Assembly: GCA_964536865.1 (NCBI GenBank)
Contig: CAZHYN010000001.1
Span: 97,824-161,823 of the forward strand
Origin: an uncultured Planctomycetia bacterium
Lineage (GTDB): Bacteria > Omnitrophota > Gorgyraeia > Duberdicusellales > 4484-171
DNA: 64,000 nucleotides
Direction of reading: 5' to 3'
Made by a program: the position numbers and the translations under genes. Below the pieces are notes generated by a model that was not told where the DNA came from, searched no databases, and was given only the letters and a program-made list of their open reading frames with translations. Shown in pieces: positions 46,494-55,031 of this stretch (within the stretch, counting starts at the first letter, position 1; every line of letters starts with the position of its first letter).

Positions 46494-46796
46494 TTAATAT
46501 TTCATCTCCTCCCACACTCTCTCAAACTCCCTATACGCTGATTTATCCACTTCCTTATTCTTGTTATACTCAAAAACCAACTCTCCTGTATCCACCAAAG
46601 GTGGATCCGCCTCTGGCGGATAATGCTCATAAATCAAAATTTCATCATTTTCTTTCACAATGTCCACCGTAACAGTGTTAGGTTTAACAACCTGTTTTTC
46701 TTTGCCAATAGAGTACCCTAACAATAATCCAACAACCAAATACATCCCCAAAATAAAATATGCCTCAATCCTCCTATAAGTAACACTACCTGACAT
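46494..46796 (-). CDS. small membrane-anchored hypothetical protein
   Basis: 100 aa with one hydrophobic helix. Contains the GGATCCGCCTCTGGCGG junction motif on the opposite strand. Confidence 0.3.
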   Translation of the reverse strand: MSGSVTYRRIEAYFILGMYLVVGLLLGYSIGKEKQVVKPNTVTVDIVKENDEILIYEHYPPEADPPLVDTGELVFEYNKNKEVDKSAYREFERVWEEMKY

Positions 46797-46860
46797 GGTT
46801 TATTACTCCTTTCTTAACTCATTGATATATAAAGAAGATAGAACCATCCCCACCAGGTTC

Positions 46861-47055
46861 TCATAATTTTTGCGCCCCACTGGCAGAGATTACCCCCTTT
46901 CTTATAGTCCTTTCAGTAATAAACGTCTCTTTTTCATATTTTAAGATGTAGTTCTGTTCTTCCTTAGGCAGTTTTAGAAGGTTTAAAAACTGAGTTATTC
47001 TTACCCTGGATACTCCCAGTCTTTTAGCCAATTCAGTCTGAGTAAGCTTCTCTTT
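46861..47055 (-). pseudogene. ParB/Spo0J-like HTH fragment (start-less remnant)
   Basis: Minus-strand frame encodes LTQTELAKRLGVSRVRITQFLNLLKLPKEEQ, the classic ParB HTH-region signature. Upstream part is in a different frame. Confidence 0.4.
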
Positions 47056-47485
47056 TTAAGCGATTTCAGGTATTCTTTAGCCCTAACTATAGGATTTATA
47101 TAAGGATTTAATTATAGTGTCTTATCTCTTTCTTTGTAACTATCTTGTTTTTGGGGATAAAAGAAGGTTTTGCCCATATAAAGAGTCTTTATTTTATTAC
47201 AATATCGCCAGTGGCAGGCAACCTTTTCGTATATAGATTTAAGGATTTTTGTTCGCTGAGAGTATTGCACGGGGAGGAAGTTATTTTTCATAGAAAATTT
47301 ATTTTGAGCAGCAATGGAGTTTTTGCCAGTTTTTGTGGTCTATCTTTCAATAGGTTATACGATAATTTCTAATTATACAATATATGGCCGTTTAAATTTC
47401 TTGACACCCAACATATAGGGTTTATAATATTTACTAATTAAGTTCTTTAAATTGATCTTTGTATATTTTTCTTCTGGTGCCTTAA

Positions 47486-47700
47486 AGGCTTAATAGGGAA
47501 CTTCGTGAAAATCGGAGGCTGTCCCGCAGCTGTAATGGGGGACGAAAGGCGCTATTTTCCGAGGTTATGTCGGGATGAAGTGCCACTACCCCGACGTTAA
47601 GTCGGGATGGGAAGGCGCGCCAAGTAGATTGATCCCAGAGCCAGAAGACCTGCCAGAAGAAAGGTGAAGTAGAATTATCGTAGAATGATTCTACTTTTGA
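47486..47700 (+). ncRNA. cobalamin (B12) riboswitch
   Basis: AATAGGGAA, GTGAAAATCGG, CTGTCCCGCAGCTGTAA, GCCACTA...GGGAAGGCG and B12 box GCCAGAAGACCTGCC (47643..47657). Confidence 0.75.
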
Positions 47701-47723
47701 GAGACGAAGTAAATCAGGGTGCA

Positions 47724-47766
47724 GTCCCGCCTCTTTCATTTTGAAAGGAGCGGGATTTTTTATTTT
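47724..47766 (+). terminator. riboswitch expression-platform terminator hairpin
   Basis: TCCCGC-ctctttcattttgaaaggag-GCGGGA followed by TTTTTTATTTT. RBS GAAAGGAGG and ATG lie downstream. Confidence 0.6.
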
Positions 47767-47781
47767 GAAAGGAGGTTAAGT

Positions 47782-49884
47782 ATGGAGAGGGTATTTACGA
47801 AAATAACAAAAAGAGACGGAAGAATAGAAGATTTCAATTCCTCTAAGATAACTCAAGCTATAGCTAAAGCTGGAATTGCTACAGGTGAATTTGACAAAGA
47901 GATTGCAAAAAAACTTACTCTTAAGGTTTTGAATTTAGCTTCGCAAATTATTAAAGACCGCACTCCTTTAGTTGAGGAGATCCAAGATATAGTGGAAGAA
48001 ATTTTATTATCATCCCCTTATAAAAAAACAGCTAAAGCCTACATAATTTATAGAGACCAACATGCAAAACTAAGAGAGCTAAGTAATAAATTTAATTTAA
48101 ATTTAGTTGAGCAGTATTTAAATAAGGAAGATTGGCAAGTAAGAGAAAATAGCAATATGAGTTTTTCCCTTCAGGGGCTAAATAATTATATTTCATCTGA
48201 AATAAGTAAAATTTACTGGCTTAATAAGATTTATCCTCTCAAGATCAGAGAAGCACATCTAAATGGAGATTTTCATATTCATGATCTAGGATTATTAAGT
48301 GTTTATTGTGTAGGATGGGATTTGCAGGATCTATTACTTGAGGGATTTAAGGGAGCTTCTGGTAAAATAGAGTCAAAACCTGCAAAGCATTTTAGATCTG
48401 CTTTAGGTCAGATTGTAAATTTTTTCTATACTCTTCAAGGTGAAGCTGCAGGAGCTCAGGCTTTCTCTAATTTCGATACACTACTTTCTCCTTTTATAAG
48501 GTACGATGGTCTAAGTTATAAAGAAGTAAAACAAGCTCTGCAAGAGTTTTTATTCAACTTAAATGTCCCTACCCGAGTAGGTTTTCAGACTCCTTTTACC
48601 AATATTACTTTGGATCTGGTCGTTCCTTTTCATCTTGCAAATCAAGCAGTAATAATTGGAGGAAGCCCTCAAAACAATACTTATAAAGATTTCCAGAAAG
48701 AGATGGAGATATTTAATAAGGCATTTTTAGAAGTTATGCTTGAGGGAGATGCTAAAGGAAGAGTATTTACTTTTCCTATTCCTACCTACAACATCAGCAA
48801 AGATTTCGATTGGGATAATCCCAATCTTTCATTATTGTGGGAGTTAGCTGGAAAATATGGAGTTCCTTACTTTGCTAACTTTATCAATTCTAGTATGAGG
48901 CCTGAAGACGCAAGGAGTATGTGTTGTAGATTAAGAATCGATAATCGCCAGCTTAGGAAAAGAGGAGGGGGGTTATTTGGAGCCTCTCCTCTTACTGGTT
49001 CTATAGGTGTAGTTACGATAAATATGGTAAGGTTAGGGTTTCTGTCTAGAGATGAAGATGAGTTTTTTGAAAGATTAGATAATTTGATGCTTCTTGTAAA
49101 GGAGAGTCTGGAAATAAAAAGAAAAGTTCTTGAAAGATTTACTGAGAATAGTTTGTATCCTTATATGAAGTTTTATTTAAGAAATGTAAAGGAAAGGTTT
49201 AATGAGTATTGGAAAAATCATTTTTCGACAATTGGTGTGATAGGCATGAACGAAGCATGTCTTAATCTATTTGGTGAAGGTATAGCTACGCCTCGGGGGA
49301 AAGATTTTACTTTAAGAGTTTTGGATTTTATGAGAGAAAAATTACTGGAGTTTCAGATGGATACAGGAAACAGTTACAATTTAGAAGCCACACCTGCAGA
49401 AGGAGCATCTTTTAGGTTAGCTAAATTGGATAAAGAGCAATATCCCCAGATTATTTGTGCTAATGAAGAGGATTTTAGAAAAGGTGCTTCTCCTTTTTAT
49501 ACAAATTCTACGCATCTTCCTGTAAATTATACAGATGATATCTTTGAAGTGCTCGAACATCAAGACGAGATCCAGGTCCGTTATACAGGAGGAACTGTTC
49601 TTCATATTTATCTAGGAGAGAGAATAAAAGAGCCAGGTGCTCTTAAAAAATTAATCAAAATTATTTGTTCAAATTACAAATTACCTTATTTTACCATTAC
49701 CCCTACTTTCAGTATCTGTCCTCAGTGTGGTTATATTCCCTACGAGACAGAGATATGTTCTAGATGTGGTAGTAGATGTGAAATTTATTCAAGAATAGTT
49801 GGATATTTAAGGCCAACATCTCAATGGAACCAGGGGAAGCAAGAGGAATTTAGAATACGAAAAACATTTAAGGTGAACGTATGA
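47782..49884 (+). CDS. nrdD: anaerobic ribonucleoside-triphosphate reductase (class III)
   Basis: N-terminal ATP-cone (RVFTKITKRDGRIEDF). C-terminal zinc ribbon CPQCGY...CSRCGSRC and glycyl-radical motif SRIVGYLRP. Start moved to the ATG at 47782 behind a strong RBS. Confidence 0.9.
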   Translation: MERVFTKITKRDGRIEDFNSSKITQAIAKAGIATGEFDKEIAKKLTLKVLNLASQIIKDRTPLVEEIQDIVEEILLSSPYKKTAKAYIIYRDQHAKLRELSNKFNLNLVEQYLNKEDWQVRENSNMSFSLQGLNNYISSEISKIYWLNKIYPLKIREAHLNGDFHIHDLGLLSVYCVGWDLQDLLLEGFKGASGKIESKPAKHFRSALGQIVNFFYTLQGEAAGAQAFSNFDTLLSPFIRYDGLSYKEVKQALQEFLFNLNVPTRVGFQTPFTNITLDLVVPFHLANQAVIIGGSPQNNTYKDFQKEMEIFNKAFLEVMLEGDAKGRVFTFPIPTYNISKDFDWDNPNLSLLWELAGKYGVPYFANFINSSMRPEDARSMCCRLRIDNRQLRKRGGGLFGASPLTGSIGVVTINMVRLGFLSRDEDEFFERLDNLMLLVKESLEIKRKVLERFTENSLYPYMKFYLRNVKERFNEYWKNHFSTIGVIGMNEACLNLFGEGIATPRGKDFTLRVLDFMREKLLEFQMDTGNSYNLEATPAEGASFRLAKLDKEQYPQIICANEEDFRKGASPFYTNSTHLPVNYTDDIFEVLEHQDEIQVRYTGGTVLHIYLGERIKEPGALKKLIKIICSNYKLPYFTITPTFSICPQCGYIPYETEICSRCGSRCEIYSRIVGYLRPTSQWNQGKQEEFRIRKTFKVNV

Positions 49885-50513
49885 GGATAGGAGGACTTCA
49901 GAAATTTTCCCTGATAGATTATCCAGAAAAACTTAGCTGTGTAATCTTTACCCAAGGTTGTAATTTTAGATGCCCTTTTTGCCATAACCCAGAGCTTGTT
50001 TATCCGTATCTTTTTAAAGAGACGATTCCTTGCGAAGACATATTTAAATTTTTAGAAAAAAGAAAAGGTCAATTAGAAGGAGTAGTAATTACTGGAGGCG
50101 AGCCTACAATACACAAGGATTTGATAGGATTTATAGAAAAAATTAAAGCGTTTGGGTATTTTATAAAATTAGATACTAATGGAAGCAACCCTTTTATGCT
50201 AAAAAAAATAATCAAATGCAAACTCGTAGATTTTATTGCTATGGATATAAAGGCACCACTAGAGAAATATAATATCTTGGCAGGAGTAGAGGTTAACTTG
50301 GATGCTGTTCTTCAAAGTATCGAGATTATTAGAAAATCCAAGATAAATTATAAATTTAGAACAACCTATGTTACATCTCTTTTAGATGAAGTTGATATTT
50401 CAAAGATAAAAAAAATGATTGAAGACGAAGAGAGATATAAAATTCAAGAATTTATTCCCCCCAGAGATAGTACTGGTAGGTTAATAGTTGATAAGAAGTT
50501 AGGCACAAATTGA
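49881..50513 (+). CDS. nrdG: anaerobic RNR-activating radical SAM protein
   Basis: CNFRCPFCHNPE radical SAM cluster and GGEPT motif. Overlaps the nrdD stop. Confidence 0.85.
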   Translation: MRIGGLQKFSLIDYPEKLSCVIFTQGCNFRCPFCHNPELVYPYLFKETIPCEDIFKFLEKRKGQLEGVVITGGEPTIHKDLIGFIEKIKAFGYFIKLDTNGSNPFMLKKIIKCKLVDFIAMDIKAPLEKYNILAGVEVNLDAVLQSIEIIRKSKINYKFRTTYVTSLLDEVDISKIKKMIEDEERYKIQEFIPPRDSTGRLIVDKKLGTN

Positions 50514-50946
50514 CCCTATTTCAACCTCGTAGGTTGGGATGATTCCAGCTGTTGCACACTCTTTTATCCACTGCCAGAGCCTGCTGGGAAAATATACTGT
50601 GGGGGTAGTTTCATCAGGCGGGGAAAAAGCAGGCAAGTTCTGGAGTATCTTGGATATTACAGTAATATCTATGGAGCGCAATATTGTGGAGGCATCTCCA
50701 CTCAGGCTCCATTCTGGAAGGAGAAAAGGGGGGGCATTCCAGCTGGGCAGAGTTTTGAAAAGCTCTCTGGAGAAAAAGAAGATATTTCCTGCCCAGGTAA
50801 AGATTATTAAAGCAGCCCGAGAATGTTGTAGGAAAATAATGAGCAGACAAGAGGAAACTTGGAAGGGAGGATATAATTACTGGAAAGAAAAAGGCTCGCT
50901 TTAGGGTAATTTCTACCAGAGAGAGGGAAAAAAGTTGTAGATGAAT

Positions 50947-51590
50947 TTATCTGAGTATCCCGGCCAATCTTAATCCTTCTCTGAAAAAGATAACTGCAAG
51001 AAGAAGTAAAAGAAATCCCACACTTTTGAGAGTATAAATGTAGAGTTTGCTCTTTAAGAAAGATTTTGTCTTCTCTGTTCTCAGCACCGCTGTTATCTTT
51101 GAGCCAATCAGAGATAAGTAGAATCCCAGAATGAAGGAGAGACTGCAGAATAATCCTCGGGCGAAGCCCTCCAAAATTATAGGCCCGCCCGCAGTAAGTC
51201 AGAAAAGGTAAGGGTGAGAGTTGAGAAGATTGGTAATTACTCATTTGCCCAGAGGGGGATATCTAATCTTAGGAATTTTAGGGGATTTCTTTTAAAGAAG
51301 ATACTTTTATATCCCAGATAAGTCAGAAATATCCCGCCTCCTATCGAGATAGTTCCCAGCACAACGTCTGAGTAAGCCACTTTTTTTAAGATAAATATTG
51401 CCAAAAATTATGGGGAGGTTTGTAACAAGAGGAGAAAGTGTAACCTTCAGACCCTCTTTTTTCTGCTATACTTAAGGGTCTCATAACTAGAGCAAGCAGG
51501 GATCCCGAAGAAAGGCCTGCTCCCAGTCCCAGAACTATTCCCGGGAAAAGAAAGGTAATTAAATCCTCCTATTTTATCCTGGGTTAGGTC
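50947..51590 (-). pseudogene. LysE/RhtB-family translocator pseudogene (multiple frameshifts)
   Basis: Minus-strand frames give ITFLFPGIVLGLGAGLSSGSLLALV..., VAYSDVVLGTISIGGGIFLTYLGY... and ...LIGSKITAVLRTEKTKSFL... split over three frames. Glycine-rich membrane helices are LysE-like. Confidence 0.35.
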
Positions 51591-52214
51591 TTTTCCTAAT
51601 CTATCAGGAGCCTCCTATAACTCAAGAGAAAAATTTCCAGATGTGGAGTTGAAATGTTATTGGCACTGTAAAATATTATGTGTAAATTCTAATTGATAAA
51701 GATAATAAAAAAGGCTACACCCTCCCAGAAAGGGAAAGAGGGCATATACTCTGCAAAACAAATAAACTTTGAGTCTGGTAGGAATTTACTCCCAAAAGAT
51801 AGGGAAGCCTCAAGGATATCTTACCAAGGGAGGTATTCTGGGTTGATATAAAATAAAGGTTAGAGCAAAGAGGATGATAAAGCAGATATTAGAATACAGC
51901 CTGAATAAGGAATTAGAAGGCCTATTAAGAGCAGAGTATTACCAGCATATTCGGATAAGAGAAGGCTACAGGAATAGATAGAAGAGAAGCACCTTATTAC
52001 CCATATAATTATAATATAGGGTAGTTAATATAGGGTAGTTAACCCGCTAATGGGCAGGATTCAGGAGTATGAGAGGAACAAATAGGATTATTTGTCTATC
52101 AGTAGAAAGGTTCAACAATAATCTAAATAGTAGGGGATACAGCACCTTTCAAAAGAAAATCTTGACATAAGACAAAAAATAATGTACATTTTAAATAGAC
52201 GGACTGGTCAGTCT

Positions 52215-52847
52215 ATGAAAAGAAGAGAAAGAAACGAAAATCTTATCAAAAAAAGAAAGAGCGAGATTCTTGACGCTGCCGAAATTCTATTTTCTAAATA
52301 TGGCTTTGCCAAAACCACAACAGATAAAATTATGGAGCTTGCTAAATTAGGAAAAGGAACTATCTATCGCTATTTTAAAAATAAAAAAGATATATTTTTT
52401 GCTGTTGTGGATAGAGGTTTAGATAGATTAAAAGAGGAGATGCTTAAAAATACAGAAAAAATTGATGATGTATTAAAAAGGATAGAGGTAGCCGTAAAAA
52501 CTTATCTAAGTTTTTTTGAAAAGAACGCAAATTTGGTGAATATCTTATTACATGAGCAGGCAGGTTTTCAGGAAAGGATTGCAAAAAAATATTTAGAGCA
52601 CTATCACGGTAATATAGAAAGAGTTAAAGCAACTTTTAAAAAGGGAATCTCTCAAAAATTAATAAAAAATATAGATATAGAGACGACAATCGGTGTTCTT
52701 ACAAGTATATTAAATGGGCTTATTTACAGATGGAAGATTGAAGGAAAAAGATTTAGGTTAACACAAAAAACCCTTCTTATTTTAAAGATTTTCTTTACAG
52801 GAATTGTCAGGGACAAAAAAAGAAGAAGAGAATATGAAAATTTATAA
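52215..52847 (+). CDS. TetR family transcriptional regulator
   Basis: N-terminal TetR HTH (ILDAAEILFSKYGFAKTTTDKIMELAKLGKGTIYRYFKNK). Start placed at the ATG at 52215, since the ORF-track ATG lies inside the promoter. Confidence 0.8.
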   Translation: MKRRERNENLIKKRKSEILDAAEILFSKYGFAKTTTDKIMELAKLGKGTIYRYFKNKKDIFFAVVDRGLDRLKEEMLKNTEKIDDVLKRIEVAVKTYLSFFEKNANLVNILLHEQAGFQERIAKKYLEHYHGNIERVKATFKKGISQKLIKNIDIETTIGVLTSILNGLIYRWKIEGKRFRLTQKTLLILKIFFTGIVRDKKRRREYENL

Positions 52848-54135
52848 ATTATTTCTTTTATTCTTTAGTTTTCTTTTTGCTTTTACAGGATTTTCTCAAG
52901 ACAAAGAAAAAATTTTAGTTTTAGATGAGAAAAAAGCAGTAAAGATTGCATTAAAAAGAAACTGGGATATTTTAATTAAGGATGAAAAGTTAAAAGAAGC
53001 TTATGCTCAACTTTTAAAGGTATGGAGTAGAGTTTTTCCTCAAATTTCCTCTTTTTGTACTTATCAAAGATATAATGACCATCCTTTTATAAACTATCCT
53101 GATAATAAAGGTTATGGATTTAGTGTTGATCAGGTAATTTTTAATGCTCAAGTTTTTAATGCTATAAAAGCGGCTCATCCCTTCTTAAATTCAGTAAAAG
53201 AAGAAAGAAGTGAACAATTTAATGCTGTAACTTTTGAGGTCAAAAAAGCCTTTCTTTATTCTTTAATTGCCCAAGAGAGTTTAGAAGTTACTCAAAATGC
53301 TCTAAATCTTGCACGTAAGTATTTAAAGACAACAAAGATACGTTTTGAAAATGGAGAAGCTTCAGATTATGATGTTTTAAGAGCAGAGGTTGAAGTTAAA
53401 AATTTAGAGTATAAATTTTTGAAAGCAAAATCAGTTTATAAGACTTCTTTAAATTATTTAAAGCTTTTGTTGGGAATTAATCCTCAGGAGAAACTTAAGA
53501 TAAAAGGTGAGGTAGAATTTAAAAGATTCAGGAAAGACTTTGCTTCTTTGGTTAAATCTGCTTTAGGTAGAAGATCATTGATTAAAGCAATAGAATTTAA
53601 AGAAGAGTCTTTAAAACACAATTTAAGTGCAGTAAAATCTGAATTTTTTCCTTCTTTGGCATTGAACTTTCAAGATATGGCTAATGAGAAAGAAACATTT
53701 GCTTTTAATAGAGAAAAATACCAAGATTACTGGATACTTACTTTAAGATTGAATTTTCCTATTTTTGAGGGAGGATTAAGATTTTTTAAGGTTAAAGAGG
53801 CAAAATCGCAACTAAAACAGATTAAGTTATTAAAAGAGAAAACAATTTCTGGTATAAAAATTGAAATAAAGAACGCTCTTTTTAATTTAGAAAGTACAAA
53901 AAAAGAAGTTGAGGCTACACAAAGCAATGTAAAAGATGCAAAAAGAATGTATGAGATTATTTATAAAAGGTATCTTGAAGGAGAAGCATCTTACTTGGAT
54001 ATTTTAGATGCAAGAAATACACTTTTAGCTTCTCAATTAAATAACTTGCAGGCACTTTTTGATTATAATTTATCTTTACTTAAATTGAGGTATCTTACAG
54101 GAGAGAATTTAGAAAAAGAGGAGGGTAATTTATGA
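52834..54135 (+). CDS. TolC-like outer membrane efflux protein
   Basis: Signal peptide MKIYKLFLLFFSFLFAFTGFSQ and two OEP repeats with coiled coils. Confidence 0.75.
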   Translation: MKIYKLFLLFFSFLFAFTGFSQDKEKILVLDEKKAVKIALKRNWDILIKDEKLKEAYAQLLKVWSRVFPQISSFCTYQRYNDHPFINYPDNKGYGFSVDQVIFNAQVFNAIKAAHPFLNSVKEERSEQFNAVTFEVKKAFLYSLIAQESLEVTQNALNLARKYLKTTKIRFENGEASDYDVLRAEVEVKNLEYKFLKAKSVYKTSLNYLKLLLGINPQEKLKIKGEVEFKRFRKDFASLVKSALGRRSLIKAIEFKEESLKHNLSAVKSEFFPSLALNFQDMANEKETFAFNREKYQDYWILTLRLNFPIFEGGLRFFKVKEAKSQLKQIKLLKEKTISGIKIEIKNALFNLESTKKEVEATQSNVKDAKRMYEIIYKRYLEGEASYLDILDARNTLLASQLNNLQALFDYNLSLLKLRYLTGENLEKEEGNL

Positions 54136-55031
54136 GAAGATTATTTTTCTATCTTTTTTTGATAGTTTTTATTTTAAATGGATGCGCAAAAAAGGAAGTA
54201 GAAAAGAAAATAAAGGAAATTCCTGTGGAAGTAGCTAAAGTAGAGACCAAAAAAATAAAAGAGATTTTAAAATTTACCGGAACAATAAAAGGAAAAGAAC
54301 AAGTTCAGGTCTTTCCCAAAGTAGGAGGAAAATTAATTAAATATTTGGTTGAAGAAGGTGATTATGTAAAAAAGGACGATGTGATTGCTTTAATTGATAG
54401 AGATATAACTGGTTTTGAATACAAATCTCACAAAGTCTTATCTCCAATCTCAGGTAAAGTTTTAAAAGCAGATTTAGATAAAGGGAGTCTGCTAAATCCT
54501 GAAATCCCTGTTGCTATAGTTGCTGATACCTCATCCGTAAAAATAAAAATAGATGTTTCTGAAGTAGATTATCCCAAACTAAAAATAGGAAATAAAGCTA
54601 TTATTAAAGTAGATGCTTATCCTGATAAAGAATTTGAAGGAAGATTAACTAAATTAGATAAATACATTGACTCCTACACAAGAACAGCGGAAGCAGAAAT
54701 TGAGGCACCTAACAAAGAAGGTTTACTTATCCCAGGAAGCTTTGCCAGAATTACTCTTTTTGTGGGAACACATAAAGCTTTAACGATGCCTTTAGATGCT
54801 CTGTTAAGGATGCCTGGCACAGGCAGTTACTATTGTTTTAAAGTTGAAAATGATAAGGCAAAAAAAACTTTCTTAAAAATTGGAGTTATTCAGGATAATC
54901 TGGTGGAGATTAAAGAGGGTTTAAAAGAGGGTGATTTAGTAATTGTCTCAGGACAAGGGGCATTAGAGGAAGGCACTCCTGTTAAACCAATTTCTGCCTC
55001 AGGGGTGGAAATGGAGGTAGGAAAGAGATGA
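54132..55031 (+). CDS. efflux RND periplasmic adaptor (HlyD/MFP family) lipoprotein
   Basis: Lipobox LNGC, biotinyl/lipoyl-like and beta-barrel MFP domains. Confidence 0.8.
   Translation: MRRLFFYLFLIVFILNGCAKKEVEKKIKEIPVEVAKVETKKIKEILKFTGTIKGKEQVQVFPKVGGKLIKYLVEEGDYVKKDDVIALIDRDITGFEYKSHKVLSPISGKVLKADLDKGSLLNPEIPVAIVADTSSVKIKIDVSEVDYPKLKIGNKAIIKVDAYPDKEFEGRLTKLDKYIDSYTRTAEAEIEAPNKEGLLIPGSFARITLFVGTHKALTMPLDALLRMPGTGSYYCFKVENDKAKKTFLKIGVIQDNLVEIKEGLKEGDLVIVSGQGALEEGTPVKPISASGVEMEVGKR

Noticed and set aside
22912-47480. Integrase or transposase defining the island as an intact integrative element
   Set aside because: No tyrosine/serine recombinase or DDE transposase motif was found in any frame. 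Only Xis-like HTH genes and a ParB fragment are present, so the island is treated as a decayed or mosaic region rather than an active element.
47482-47739. Annotated minus-strand ORF (85 aa)
   Set aside because: Fully overlaps the cobalamin riboswitch and its terminator. The reading frame is an artefact of the structured RNA.
50539-50904. 121-aa plus-strand ORF, and possible tmRNA/RNase P in the GC-richer stretch
   Set aside because: The protein is non-globular junk-like and overlapped by antisense ORFs. No tmRNA hallmarks (tag reading frame, TTCGA(A/C)TCC...CCA 3' end) or RNase P P4 motifs were found.
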